A stretch of 64,000 nt of DNA from Chitinolyticbacter meiyuanensis (GTDB lineage Bacteria; Pseudomonadota; Gammaproteobacteria; Burkholderiales; Chitinibacteraceae): positions 1,367,925 through 1,431,924 of the forward strand of contig NZ_CP041335.1 in the NCBI RefSeq assembly GCF_008033135.1, in the 5' to 3' direction. Position numbers and translations under genes: made by a program. How positions within the stretch are numbered: the first letter of the stretch is position 1; each line of letters starts with the position of its first letter. The notes under the pieces were generated by a model. The model worked only from the letters and a program-made list of their open reading frames with translations, was not told where the DNA came from and made no database searches. Shown here piece by piece: positions 33,119 through 40,771 of this stretch.

Positions 33119-33733
33119 TCAGCTGTCGTCGAGTGCGGCGATGGTGTAGCTGCCGCTGGCCGCGTCGTAGTCGACGATGACGGCGCGCGTACCGCGGGTG
33201 AGGGTGTTGGGGGTGCTGGCGCGGACCCGCAGGTTGATGCTGGCGCCGGCTCCTGCCACCTCGGCCTGGCCGAAGCGCTCGGTCACTTTCAGCGTCAGTA
33301 CCTTGCACGCGCTGCCGACCAGTGCCGGATTGCGGATGGCGTTGTGGCTGACGAACAAGCCGCGCATCGGCCGCAGCACGGCGGCGGTGACCGGCAGGGC
33401 CACCGCGAAGCTGAGCAGCAGCAATGCTGCGCCGGCCAGGTAGTGCAGCCAGCCGGGCAGCCAGCCCACCAGATATTGATCGGCAAGGCAGGACACCAGC
33501 CATCCGGTTAGCGTGATCAGGCTGATGACGATGGAGAACGGCACGCCGCCCAAGCCCAGCGCCATCAGCTTGCCGGAAAGGTCGCCAAAGTCGCCGGCTT
33601 CCCCATCGACATCGAGCGCATCGATATCGACGAAACCGACCATGGCCGCGATCCAGTACAGCAGCACCACACCTAGCAACACCGTCCAGATGGCGGTGGG
33701 GAAGCGGCTGATGGTGTCGAGGAAACTGCTCAT
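33119..33733 (-). CDS. yqiJ: NfeD-like / YqiJ-family (DUF1449) membrane protein with C-terminal OB-fold
   Basis: Multi-TM N-terminus and a soluble C-terminal beta-rich domain. Sits upstream of flotillin, as in E. coli yqiJK. Confidence 0.7.
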   Translation of the reverse strand: MSSFLDTISRFPTAIWTVLLGVVLLYWIAAMVGFVDIDALDVDGEAGDFGDLSGKLMALGLGGVPFSIVISLITLTGWLVSCLADQYLVGWLPGWLHYLAGAALLLLSFAVALPVTAAVLRPMRGLFVSHNAIRNPALVGSACKVLTLKVTERFGQAEVAGAGASINLRVRASTPNTLTRGTRAVIVDYDAASGSYTIAALDDS

Positions 33734-34320
33734 GGCGTGGCTCCTTCTATTTGCCCGGCGCGGATCAGCCGTGGCGTACCTAGGTGCGACAGATAGAGCG
33801 TGCCGCGCAGGCCGCGCTGCGCATCGATTACGTCAACTTGCCAGCCGCTGTACCAGACATGGCGCAACGTATCTGGCTGCAGCACGAAAGCCGGGCCGCC
33901 GATCTGCTCCGGCGTGGCGTAGAGCGCTACCTTGTTGTTGCGCCCGATGGCGATCACGGTGTGCGCATACACCTGCCGTTGCGGCACGGCAGCGACCATG
34001 CCGGTCGGCGCCCAGAACGTGGCCGGCAGTTGCGCCACCGGCACATCCGCGAGGCTGACGCCAGAAAACGTAGGGTGCGTGTCGTCGGCGCTACCGAGCG
34101 AATAGCTGGCGACTGTTCCGGATTGGGTACCCGCCGGTTGCTGCAGTCGCGGCCACTGGTTGTAGGCCACCAATGCCAGCAGACCGGTGATGCCAGTGAG
34201 CACAAGCAGCGTGCGAGCGCGACGGCGCAATACCGGCAATCGATGGAGCCAGTCGGTAAACCAGGCGCTGCCCATGGCCAAGCCGGGGGGCAGCATGTCG
34301 CGTGATTCGCGTTGAGTCAT
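33730..34320 (-). CDS. membrane-anchored periplasmic protein, hypothetical
   Basis: Single N-terminal TM 'LLVLTGITGLLALVAY', then a ~150-aa soluble domain. Stop overlaps the yqiJ start as ATGA. Confidence 0.45.
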   Translation of the reverse strand: MTQRESRDMLPPGLAMGSAWFTDWLHRLPVLRRRARTLLVLTGITGLLALVAYNQWPRLQQPAGTQSGTVASYSLGSADDTHPTFSGVSLADVPVAQLPATFWAPTGMVAAVPQRQVYAHTVIAIGRNNKVALYATPEQIGGPAFVLQPDTLRHVWYSGWQVDVIDAQRGLRGTLYLSHLGTPRLIRAGQIEGATP

Positions 34321-34344
34321 CGGTGGGCCTTCGGGTTGATGAGG

Positions 34345-34680
34345 TCAGGTGTGCGGTGCTTGTTGTCGGGCGAATACCAGCAGTTCGCCCTGCACCCGCT
34401 CCTTGATTTCCAGCCGTTGTTCCGGGGCGAGCCCGAAGCGCGCGGCGAGTGCGATGTAATCGTCGTCCGACAGCGTGACGGTGAGCCTGGGGCGCTTGGG
34501 GCGGCTGGTGACCGGCAGGTCGAGCACCTTGCGGATCTGGTCCGAGTTGCTGAGGTTGTGCTCGAAGGCGGCGCGGCGCACGGCCTGCATCACTTCCTCT
34601 TCCACGTCGAAGGCCACCTGCACCGCGCGGATGGCGGGCGCCGAGCTCTCCCAGCGCGGTGGCAGCCTTTTGTTGCTCAT
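34345..34680 (-). CDS. small protein with two tandem ribbon-helix-helix-like repeats, putative DNA-binding
   Basis: 'IRAVQVAFDVEEEVMQAVRRAAFEHNLSNSDQIRKVL' and 'RLTVTLSDDDYIALAARFGL' each fit a beta-strand plus helix RHH pattern. Overlaps the PspA stop by 4 bp. Confidence 0.4.
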   Translation of the reverse strand: MSNKRLPPRWESSAPAIRAVQVAFDVEEEVMQAVRRAAFEHNLSNSDQIRKVLDLPVTSRPKRPRLTVTLSDDDYIALAARFGLAPEQRLEIKERVQGELLVFARQQAPHT

Positions 34681-35390
34681 TCGGCTTGCTCGCCGTGGCC
34701 GGCTTCACGTCGCGCCTTGAGGCGGGCGAGCACGGCCTCCTTGCGGTTGGCGTTGTCACCGATGCCGGCCGCGGCCAGTTTCTGTTCCAGCGCCTTGTTG
34801 CCGAACTCGGCATCGAGCTCCTCGGCGGCCTTCATCCGGTCCGCCATCTGCGTATGCCGCTCCTTGATCCGTTCCAGTGATTCGCGGGCATTGCCGAGCT
34901 TGGAGGCGCCGCTGCCCATGCTTTGCGAGATCGATTCGGTGGCGCGGTAGACGCTTTCGGTGGTCTTGGCGACGGCGAGTTCGCGCTCGTGCTCGCGCAC
35001 CCGGGTCTCGGCCTGCCGGATCAGATCCTTCAGGTTGGCAATGTGGCCGGCGAATTCACGTTGTGCCTGCTGCTGGGCGGCGCGCTCTGCCTCCAGCTCG
35101 GCAATGCGGCTGGCAACATCGACGGCGAGGTTTTCCTCGGCCTTGTCGAGCGCGGCCAGCGCGTGTTCCTCAAAGCGGGCGATCTCCTTGTCGAGTCGCT
35201 CGATCTCGCGGCCGGCGGCTTTTTCCTGCGCCATGACCAGCGTCAGGTCCTGCTTGGCGCGCACCAGCGCGGCCTTCGATTCGTGGATTTCCTGCTCGTA
35301 GATGCGGGTGGCATTGGCGTCCACCACACTCTCGCCGATTTCGCGTGCGCTGCCCTTGAGGGCGGTCAGGATCTTGCTGAAGACGGACAT
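34677..35390 (-). CDS. PspA/IM30-family protein (YjfJ-like)
   Basis: 'MSVFSKILTALKGSAREIGESVVDANATRIYEQEIHESKAAL' aligns with the PspA N-terminus. Coiled coil throughout. Confidence 0.85.
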   Translation of the reverse strand: MSVFSKILTALKGSAREIGESVVDANATRIYEQEIHESKAALVRAKQDLTLVMAQEKAAGREIERLDKEIARFEEHALAALDKAEENLAVDVASRIAELEAERAAQQQAQREFAGHIANLKDLIRQAETRVREHERELAVAKTTESVYRATESISQSMGSGASKLGNARESLERIKERHTQMADRMKAAEELDAEFGNKALEQKLAAAGIGDNANRKEAVLARLKARREAGHGEQAE

Positions 35391-35407
35391 GTTGGGCTCC
35401 TAGTCGA

Positions 35408-35821
35408 TCAGTGCAGGTAGTCGGCCATGGCTTCGAGGGCATCGACTGCGTTGTCGCTCAGCGCCAGCAGATCCTGGGCGAGATCGTCGGCACCGGCATC
35501 GCGGGCCAGTGCGCCGTACAGCAGGTACTTGTCGCCGATGCGGCCGAACGAGGACAGTGGAATGGCCACATTGAGGTCGAGCATGGCTTCGAGCAGGGCG
35601 GTACGGCGGGCTGGGGCAATGTCGTGCTCGGTCCAAAGGTAACAGATGCACAACAGCTGGCTGTCAGCTTCCGTGATGAAGATCGGCAGCTCTTCCCGGC
35701 CGCTGACCGCGACCTTGTACACCACGACCTCGCCAGGAATGCGCTCGACGTCAAATGCGCCCAGCTGGCTGGCAAGTCGTTGTCCTGCCTCGGAAATGCG
35801 CTGTTGCAATGCGTGGTCCAT
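35408..35821 (-). CDS. DUF2170-family protein (YjfI-like)
   Basis: Start at 'MDHALQQRI' with a GAGGAG RBS. Paired with the PspA homolog, as in E. coli yjfIJ. Confidence 0.7.
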   Translation of the reverse strand: MDHALQQRISEAGQRLASQLGAFDVERIPGEVVVYKVAVSGREELPIFITEADSQLLCICYLWTEHDIAPARRTALLEAMLDLNVAIPLSSFGRIGDKYLLYGALARDAGADDLAQDLLALSDNAVDALEAMADYLH

Positions 35822-35847
35822 GGCGACTCCTCGTGATGGATGCATTC

Positions 35848-35890
35848 AACATAATCGGCTTGACATATGATGTCAAGACATTTTATGTCT
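35848..35890 (-). promoter_or_regulatory. sigma70-like promoter (TTGACA-17-TATGTT) for the yjfI/pspA-like operon, overlapped by two GACAT-N3-ATGTC palindromes
   Basis: Minus-strand -35 at 35876..35871, -10 at 35853..35848. Palindromes at 35859-35877 (CTTGACATatgATGTCAAG) and 35876-35890 (AGACATtttATGTCT). Confidence 0.55.
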
Positions 35891-36056
35891 TGGTGGTGCG
35901 TGAAACCCGACACGGTGACAGCCTGCGTAGACTGGCTTGCGCTAGGTTGATGTGTAAGTTTTTAAGAGAGTAGCTTGCGTCAGGCTGCGATGGTGCAGCC
36001 TGTCTTTCGGTCGATGCAAGCAGCGTGACGGAGACGGGTGTGGTTGCAACAGGCGG

Positions 36057-36830
36057 TCAACGGCGGCGCGAGCGGAAGTAGCTGTGATTCGCGTAAAAGC
36101 TGGCGTCTTGCTGCGGCCACCAGCCCGGGATGCCGAGGTAGGGCAGCGGCGGCAATTGGCGCGGTGTGGTCAGCCAGCCCGCGGAGAGGGATGTGCAAAC
36201 CTGGCTATCCAGCTGTGCCATGCGCGCAGCCAGCGGCAAGGCGAAGAAGGCAGGCTCGACCTGCACCGGCCAGCATTTGCCGGTGAGGCCGGTGAATGGC
36301 GCCAACAGGTTCTCGAAGGTGGCGTGGCCGAATACCAGTGCATCGATATGGCGACCCCAGTCGTCACGGCGGTCGACGAACAGTGTGGACCATTCATGCC
36401 CGACCAGCAGCTCCAGCAGGGCCGGATCGCTGTAGGGCACGATCAGCCCGCATTCGTCGAACAGCGTGGCGGCATCGCGCACCGGCCCACGCGGCCCTTG
36501 GCCGGTATCCGGCAGCAGTCGATAGTGCAACGCATTGAGCGCGGCCTTGCTGCGGGGGTAGCTGTGCCAGACCAGCGCGTTGAAGCAGTCGTGCCAATCA
36601 TCGCGCGTAGCAATGCGGCCCAGCTCGTAGATCTCCGCCTCGTAGTAACGACTGAGGCTGGATGGATCGACGCACTGCAGTGGCAGGCCGGACTGGGTGT
36701 GGACCGGTGGCAGGCGTTGCCAGTCGGCGAGCGCTGGCACGCGTGGCAGCTGCGCCGTGAGCGGCGCGAGCAAAGCAAAGGCCGGATGCGCCAGCGCATC
36801 CGGCCAGTGTTGCCCTGCGATTCCCGGCAT
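36057..36830 (-). CDS. DUF3025-family protein
   Basis: 257 aa. 'WHDCFNALVWHSYPRSKAALNALHY' conserved DUF3025 block. Confidence 0.65.
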   Translation of the reverse strand: MPGIAGQHWPDALAHPAFALLAPLTAQLPRVPALADWQRLPPVHTQSGLPLQCVDPSSLSRYYEAEIYELGRIATRDDWHDCFNALVWHSYPRSKAALNALHYRLLPDTGQGPRGPVRDAATLFDECGLIVPYSDPALLELLVGHEWSTLFVDRRDDWGRHIDALVFGHATFENLLAPFTGLTGKCWPVQVEPAFFALPLAARMAQLDSQVCTSLSAGWLTTPRQLPPLPYLGIPGWWPQQDASFYANHSYFRSRRR

Positions 36831-37307
36831 TTACAGCTTGCCGAGTTCCAGCCGGCCCTCGCCAAGTACCGGGGCGCCAGCGTTGGCGTCATCGAGCGCC
36901 TTTACGGTCAGGAAATAGGCCTTGCCCGGGGTGCAGGGCGGCAGGTAGTTGCCGTCGCCGCCTTGCGGGCCGGAAACCAGCGAAAAGCCACCGGGCAGCT
37001 TGCCCTGCGCCTGCACGCTGGGTACCTGCGCGCTGGCGACGCCCTTGTTCACCGCGAACAGCAGCTTGCCATTGCTGCCTCCGCCGCGCTCGTTGAATTC
37101 CAGCAGGATGGCACCGGTGCCGGGGGGCAGGTCGAACACATTGAGGGCCGGCGTCGAGCCTTGGCCGCCGAGCTTGGCGCATTGCTGGCCGGGTGGCACG
37201 GCCACGCCGTTCCAGGCCGGGTTGGCGAAGCGCACCGTCAGTCTGGGGCCGGCCAGGGCGGGCAGCGCGGTGAGGGCGAGCAGGGCACAGAGCAGAGGGC
37301 GTTTCAT
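36831..37307 (-). CDS. secreted hypothetical protein
   Basis: Signal peptide 'MKRPLLCALLALTALPALA'; Gly-rich beta-type body. Directly abuts the DUF3025 start. Confidence 0.45.
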   Translation of the reverse strand: MKRPLLCALLALTALPALAGPRLTVRFANPAWNGVAVPPGQQCAKLGGQGSTPALNVFDLPPGTGAILLEFNERGGGSNGKLLFAVNKGVASAQVPSVQAQGKLPGGFSLVSGPQGGDGNYLPPCTPGKAYFLTVKALDDANAGAPVLGEGRLELGKL

Positions 37308-37430
37308 GGTCCGTTCATTCCATATGACGACAGGGGCATACCCTTTACGCGAATTGTAACGGATATGCCCCTGCCGTAACGGTGATCGGGTCAACAGCGT
37401 TGACGACTCACCGTGTGAAAACGCACGCGA

Positions 37431-37931
37431 TCAGGAGAGCGCGGCGAGCGCGGTGCCGTAATTCGGCTCGTTCTTGATCTCGGCGACAAGTTCGCTGTGC
37501 AGCACCTTGTCGTTCTCGTCGAGCACCACCACGGCACGAGCAGCCACGCCGGTGAGCGGACCCGAGGCGATATCGACGCCGTAATCGTTCAGAAACTGGC
37601 GACCGCGCATGGTCGACAGCGTCACCACGTTGGCGAGGCCTTCCGCGCCGCAGAAGCGGTTCTGGGCGAACGGCAGGTCGGCCGAGATGCACAGCACCAC
37701 GGTGTTGCTGAGCTGGCTGGCGGCTTCGTTGAAGCGGCGCACCGAGGTGGCGCAGGTGGGGGTGTCGATGCTCGGGAAAATATTCAGTACCTTGCGCTTG
37801 CCAGCAAAGCTGGCAAGGGTGACATCGGCGAGGTCCTTGCCGACCAGGGCGAAGGGTTTGCCGGTGTCGCCGGCCTTGGGGAACTGGCCATTGACCGTGA
37901 CGGCGTTGCCGCCGAGGGTGACTTCAGACAT
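37431..37931 (-). CDS. tpx: thiol peroxidase
   Basis: '[12 protein letters not shown]' peroxidatic cysteine and the resolving Cys in 'NRFCGAEG'. Confidence 0.9.
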   Translation of the reverse strand: MSEVTLGGNAVTVNGQFPKAGDTGKPFALVGKDLADVTLASFAGKRKVLNIFPSIDTPTCATSVRRFNEAASQLSNTVVLCISADLPFAQNRFCGAEGLANVVTLSTMRGRQFLNDYGVDIASGPLTGVAARAVVVLDENDKVLHSELVAEIKNEPNYGTALAALS

Positions 37932-38021
37932 CGTTTTCTCCAGTGGGCTTGAAACGGGGGTGAACAAAAGGCCCTGCCTCCAGATGGGGGCAAGGCCCAT
38001 GATGACAAGCGGGAATGACGA

Positions 38022-38558
38022 TCAGGCTTCGGTCTCTTCCTCGACCACCGGTTCGGGTGGGAACAGCGCCTGCAGCATCAGGTCGTAAAGCGGTTCGCTG
38101 TTGATGTCCGCAACCAGTTCCGCATAGCGCACGTTGTCGTCGGTATCGAGCGCGATCAGCGCGGTGGCCATCAGTCCGGACAGCGGCACGTCGGTGATCA
38201 TCACGCCGTAGTCCTTGTGGAAATCCCGGCCACGCAGCGTGGAGAGCAGCTGCAGCCGGTGCAACCCTTCCTGTTGCGCCACGCGCGCCAATGCATACGG
38301 CGTATCGACCGACACCACCAGCACCACGGTGTTGTCGAGCTGTGCTGCGACGGCATCAAGCCGCTTGGCGATGGCAAGGCCGATCGCGGCATCGATGCTG
38401 GGCACCACCGCGATCACCTTGCGTCGGCCCCAGAACTTGGAAAGCGGTACGTCCTGCAGTTGCATGTCGACCAGCATGAAGCTGTGCGCGGTTTCGCCGA
38501 CATGCGGGAAACGACCGCCGACGCTGATCGGGGTACCGTTGAGCATCACGGTGGCCAT
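38022..38558 (-). CDS. Tpx-like paralog lacking both catalytic cysteines
   Basis: Colinear with Tpx, but 'VVPSIDAAIGLA' replaces '[10 protein letters not shown]' and 'ARVAQQEG' replaces 'NRFCGAEG'. Start ATG at 38558 inside the longer track ORF. Confidence 0.65.
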   Translation of the reverse strand: MATVMLNGTPISVGGRFPHVGETAHSFMLVDMQLQDVPLSKFWGRRKVIAVVPSIDAAIGLAIAKRLDAVAAQLDNTVVLVVSVDTPYALARVAQQEGLHRLQLLSTLRGRDFHKDYGVMITDVPLSGLMATALIALDTDDNVRYAELVADINSEPLYDLMLQALFPPEPVVEEETEA

Positions 38559-38626
38559 GCTGTGGTCCTCGTTGTCCGGTTGACGTTCCAGTATCGCCAG
38601 CACCCCCGTCGAATACAAGGCGGGGC

Positions 38627-39739
38627 TTACGGGTAGAACCAGTAGATGGTGTAGCCGGTGGACGACAGGTCGCCTACATCGATCTGCAGCATGGCATGCA
38701 GCTCGTCGTTCGAGCCCAGCTCGCCGCGGCCCTTCTCGCTGTTCACGAGGTATTCGGCGGGCGGAAAGCGCTTCTTGGCGACCACTTCCTCGCGGGCATT
38801 GGTCAGCGTCAGCTCCAGTGTCGGCAGTGCCTGGGCATACGGCGCCAGATTGCGCACCGAGGCCGACAGCTGGATCAAGTTGTTGTGATCGGGCAGGTAG
38901 GTCAGCTCGGAATAGTCCGAGCGCAACAGCTCGGCATTGCGTGGCAACGGCATGGCGCAGCCCAGCTGGGCGCAGGCGGCGACCAGTGGCGGACGCAGCC
39001 AGGGGAAATCGGTGGCCAGCTGGTTGCGGAAATAGAGGCCGGCCTGGGCGATCAGGGCCAGGGTCAGCAACAGGCACAGCGGGATGGCCAGCCAGCGCCA
39101 GCGTGATGGCGGCTCGGGGGGCGTGAGCAGCGCCTCGTCTTCCAGCGAGCGGATCGGCCGATACACCGAGTTGAGCGTGAGCGGTGATTCCTTCAGTGCT
39201 GCCTTCAGCGCTTCCTGGTCGCGTGGATCGGCTTTGGGCTTCTCGCTGATCGGCGATGGCACCGGCACCGGTATCGGGGCGGGTACGGCTTCGGTGCGCG
39301 CTTCCTCCTGTTCGCTGGCCGCTTGCGCGGCCACGGCCTTGGCAGCCAGTCGAGCTTTGCGGGCAGCAATCACCATCTCGGCGACGCTGGGCTCCGGTGC
39401 CTGTGCGCCTTCGGCTGGCGCATGGGCTACCGCAGCAGGTTCGTCGGCCACTGGTGGCTCGACAGGTGCCGGCGCGGGTGGGGTGGATGCGATCGGTTCG
39501 GGCAGCGCTATGGGCGGTGCAGGGACAGCGGCAGGCGTCGCAACGGGGGCGGGCGCTGGCTCGACGGCCACCTGCTGCGGGACCGGCTCTGGCTCGGCCA
39601 GCGTTTCCTCCAGGCAGGCGCGGGCGTTGAACACGAAGCTGCACTTGCCGCAACGCACCTTGCCGCCGTGGGCAGCGAGCTGGGACTCGCTCACCTTGAA
39701 GGCGGTCTGGCAGTTGGGGCAGCGCGTCACATGGTTCAT
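38627..39739 (-). CDS. DUF3426-family protein with N-terminal zinc ribbon, Pro/Ala-rich linker, one TM and a C-terminal domain
   Basis: 'MNHVTRCPNCQTAFKV...KVRCGKCSFVFNA' MJ0042-type ribbon, and a C-terminal DUF3426-like domain after the TM 'WLAIPLCLLLTLALIAQAGL'. Confidence 0.65.
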   Translation of the reverse strand: MNHVTRCPNCQTAFKVSESQLAAHGGKVRCGKCSFVFNARACLEETLAEPEPVPQQVAVEPAPAPVATPAAVPAPPIALPEPIASTPPAPAPVEPPVADEPAAVAHAPAEGAQAPEPSVAEMVIAARKARLAAKAVAAQAASEQEEARTEAVPAPIPVPVPSPISEKPKADPRDQEALKAALKESPLTLNSVYRPIRSLEDEALLTPPEPPSRWRWLAIPLCLLLTLALIAQAGLYFRNQLATDFPWLRPPLVAACAQLGCAMPLPRNAELLRSDYSELTYLPDHNNLIQLSASVRNLAPYAQALPTLELTLTNAREEVVAKKRFPPAEYLVNSEKGRGELGSNDELHAMLQIDVGDLSSTGYTIYWFYP

Positions 39740-39808
39740 GGGGCTCGATTGTAGCGGCCTTGCGGGCCAGCGCAATCGTCGCGGCGTAGAAAACGCGTCG
39801 CTGTGGTA

Positions 39809-40696
39809 TCAGCGCTTGCTGCCGGACAGGCAGACCCAGCCTTCCTCGATCACCGGCGGGTTCAAGTCGAACCAGGCGGCGTAGATCGCGGTGACGTCAT
39901 CGGCCTGCTCGGCGAGGATGCCCGAGAGCGCAATGCGTCCACCGGCGCGCACCCGGCTCGCCAGCATCGGTGCCAGTGCCTTCAGCGGGTTGGTGAGGAT
40001 GTTGGCGATCACCACGTCGTATTCGCCCTCAGGCGCCTCATCCGGCAGGAAGAAGGCGATGTCGACGCCATTTTGCTCGGCGTTCTGCCTGCTGGCGATC
40101 ATCGCTTGCGGATCGATGTCGACGCCATGGGTCTGACCGGCGCCGACTTTCTTCGCCGCGATGGCGAGAATGCCGGAGCCGCAGCCGTAGTCGAGTACGG
40201 TCTCGTTCGCCTGGATATGCGCATCCAGCCAGCGCAGGCACAGCCGGGTGGTCGGATGGCTGCCGGTGCCGAAGGCGAGGCCTGGATCGAGCGCAATGTT
40301 GATCGCATCGGCGTCAGGTGCCTCGTGCCAGGTCGGGGTGATCCACAGCCGAGCGGAAATCGGGATGGGATCGAACTGCGACTGGGTCAGCCGTACCCAG
40401 TCCTGATCCTCGACCGACACGGTCTCGAACGCCGGCGGCGCAATGCCAAGCTGATTGGCCGCCGCTGTCACCGTCAGTGCCGGGTCCATCTCGTCGCCCA
40501 GGTGGGCGACCACCACGCTGTGGTCCCACATCTGATCCACGGGTTCGCCCGGCTCGCCGAAGATCGGTTTTTCCTCGTCGGTGCCGGCCGCGGCGTCCTC
40601 GATGCTGACCGACAACGCGCCCAGGTCGAACAATGCGTCGGACAGCGCCTCGGCATGCTTGGAATCGGTGGTAATGCGCAGTTCGGTCCAGGGCAT
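39809..40696 (-). CDS. prmA: ribosomal protein L11 methyltransferase
   Basis: 'MPWTELRITT' N-terminus and 'DYGCGSGILAIAA' SAM motif. Confidence 0.9.
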   Translation of the reverse strand: MPWTELRITTDSKHAEALSDALFDLGALSVSIEDAAAGTDEEKPIFGEPGEPVDQMWDHSVVVAHLGDEMDPALTVTAAANQLGIAPPAFETVSVEDQDWVRLTQSQFDPIPISARLWITPTWHEAPDADAINIALDPGLAFGTGSHPTTRLCLRWLDAHIQANETVLDYGCGSGILAIAAKKVGAGQTHGVDIDPQAMIASRQNAEQNGVDIAFFLPDEAPEGEYDVVIANILTNPLKALAPMLASRVRAGGRIALSGILAEQADDVTAIYAAWFDLNPPVIEEGWVCLSGSKR

Positions 40697-40771
40697 GGCA
40701 ATACTCGAAAACGGGAGGGTAGAAACGCAGAGTGAGGCTTGCGCCTCACTCTGTCACCTGATTGGATGGAC

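Noticed and set aside
27074-33511. Large plus-strand ORFs at 27074..28861, 28922..30067, 30025..31224 and 31040..33511
   Set aside because: All lie antisense to the giant ATPase, zinc-ribbon and flotillin genes, whose sense frames carry clear motifs.
36831-37307. Possible PEBP/YbhB-family assignment for the 158-aa secreted protein
   Set aside because: The characteristic PEBP motifs were not found; left as hypothetical.
38022-39653. 543-aa minus-strand ORF
   Set aside because: Only its C-terminal 178 aa (38022-38558) is the Tpx-like protein. The upstream part is an out-of-frame read-through across the DUF3426 gene region with Arg/Gly-rich nonsense.
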